DNA from: Desulfatiglandales bacterium
GTDB lineage: Bacteria; Desulfobacterota; DSM-4660; Desulfatiglandales; Desulfatiglandaceae
Length of the DNA: 64,000 bases
Direction: 5' to 3'
NCBI GenBank assembly: GCA_963662465.1
Contig: OY759599.1
Location: 32,001-96,000 of the forward strand
Within the stretch, counting starts at the first letter, position 1; the number at the start of each line of letters is the position of its first letter. The notes under the pieces are model-generated. The model was not told the DNA's origin. It made no database searches and saw only the letters and a program-made list of their open reading frames with translations. Of this stretch, positions 63,145-64,000 are shown piece after piece. A program made the position numbers and the translations under genes.

Positions 63145-63389
63145 TACCATCATGAAATGCGTGGGACCTGGGGGACATCCATTTGTAATTCAGTAACTCA
63201 ATGAGGACCTGGGGGACGTCCATTTGTAATTCAGTAACTCGATATTTTGGCACCCCAGTTAAATAATAGCAAAAACAGATTTAACCCCGCTACCATCTTC
63301 CAGCACTGCGGGACAGGCGGGGCAGGCGCATTTCACAGATGGCACCCCGGTTGAACACCCTGGAAGGGAACCCGGTTCAACTGGGCAGG

Positions 63390-63750
63390 GAGGACAGAAG
63401 GCAGAGGTCAGACGACAGAGGACAGGGGACGGAGGACAGAGGACAGAGGACAGGGGACAGAGGACGGAGGGCGGATGTCGGAGGACGGAGATCAGAGGAC
63501 AGATGGCGGAAGACAGATCCCAGGTCTCAGGAATTGGGCATAAAGAACAGCCATTTCAGAATCTTCGGTTCCATTCCACATTCGATATTATTGAGGCGGC
63601 GGAGAATCCCAGAGGTCAGAAGTCGGAGGTCGGTGGTCGGATGTCGGATGTCGGAGGTCGGAGGTCAAGAGGAAAAGAAGGTGAGAGGGTGAGAAGTTAA
63701 GAAGGTGAGAGGGTTAGCAGAGGACAGAGGACGGGGGACGGAAGGCGGAG
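63390..63750 (+). repeat. Heptamer/octamer G-rich tracts surrounding a copy of a deacetylase-gene segment
   Basis: GAGGACA/GAGGTCG and GAAGGTGA-type units; ~63499-63606 matches ~53542-53649. Confidence 0.85.
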
Positions 63751-63972
63751 GGCAGGGATAAAAGAAAAGGATCCCAGGGGTCAGGCTTTCCTTATTGTTG
63801 GTTGTGGGGGGATGTTGAGAGGGTCGCGCTGAGATCCACAGGTTACGCAGATGACACGGATTGGTAAGTATCTGGAAACGCCGCGCCCAGGTTGAATGAA
63901 TAAAAAGGTCTTGACTGCCACCGATTGAATGCATAGACTAAGTTCATTGAACTCAATTTTATGAGGTGACCC

Positions 63973-64000
63973 ATGCAAACTGTTAATATCCACGAAGCCA
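63973..64000 (+). CDS. Start of a Phd-type antitoxin (runs off the window)
   Basis: GAGG RBS and MQTVNIHEA. Confidence 0.6.

Noticed and set aside
53542..63606. Diversity-generating retroelement (Avd-like four-helix gene plus near-duplicate segments)
   Set aside because: There is no reverse transcriptase in the window. Four of five differences in the 63.5-kb copy fall at A, but the 60.2-kb copy and the dehydrogenase duplicate are not adenine-specific.

Overview
The window looks like a bacterial chromosome segment, probably Desulfobacterota/deltaproteobacterial (an inference from gene families and repeat types). (1) 0-14 kb is a decayed mobile island. It holds a small paralogous protein family, a VirD4/TraG-like ATPase, a serine recombinase scrap and an ORF-less group II intron remnant. 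It also has a mosaic of short gene fragments delimited by TGACCCC/CGTCCCC motifs, a DUF1778-GNAT TA pair, and a low-GC archaeal-type module (truncated MCM helicase plus regularly spaced palindromes), with IS200 and IS701 insertions. (2) About 14.4-54.3 kb is a co-oriented surface-polysaccharide locus: MarR-EPS regulator, WbpB-D/WbpE-like, VioA-like, sulfotransferase, Wzx, Wzy, glycosyltransferases and FnlABC. It is riddled with TA modules, IS elements, MITEs and duplicated gene ends. (3) 54.3-64 kb has a 26-unit 105-bp G-rich tandem array, an IS3 element, a four-helix-bundle gene, an Rpn pseudogene and mqsRA. The most unusual signal is a family of short-period (7/8/9-nt) tandem-repeat arms. 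They occur as inverted pairs around four-helix-bundle and GxxExxY genes, as an empty pair, as in-frame insertions in enzymes and as the building block of the large array. Solo arms are mostly C-rich at the start of the locus and G-rich at its end. All family calls come from reading motifs; no database search was run.
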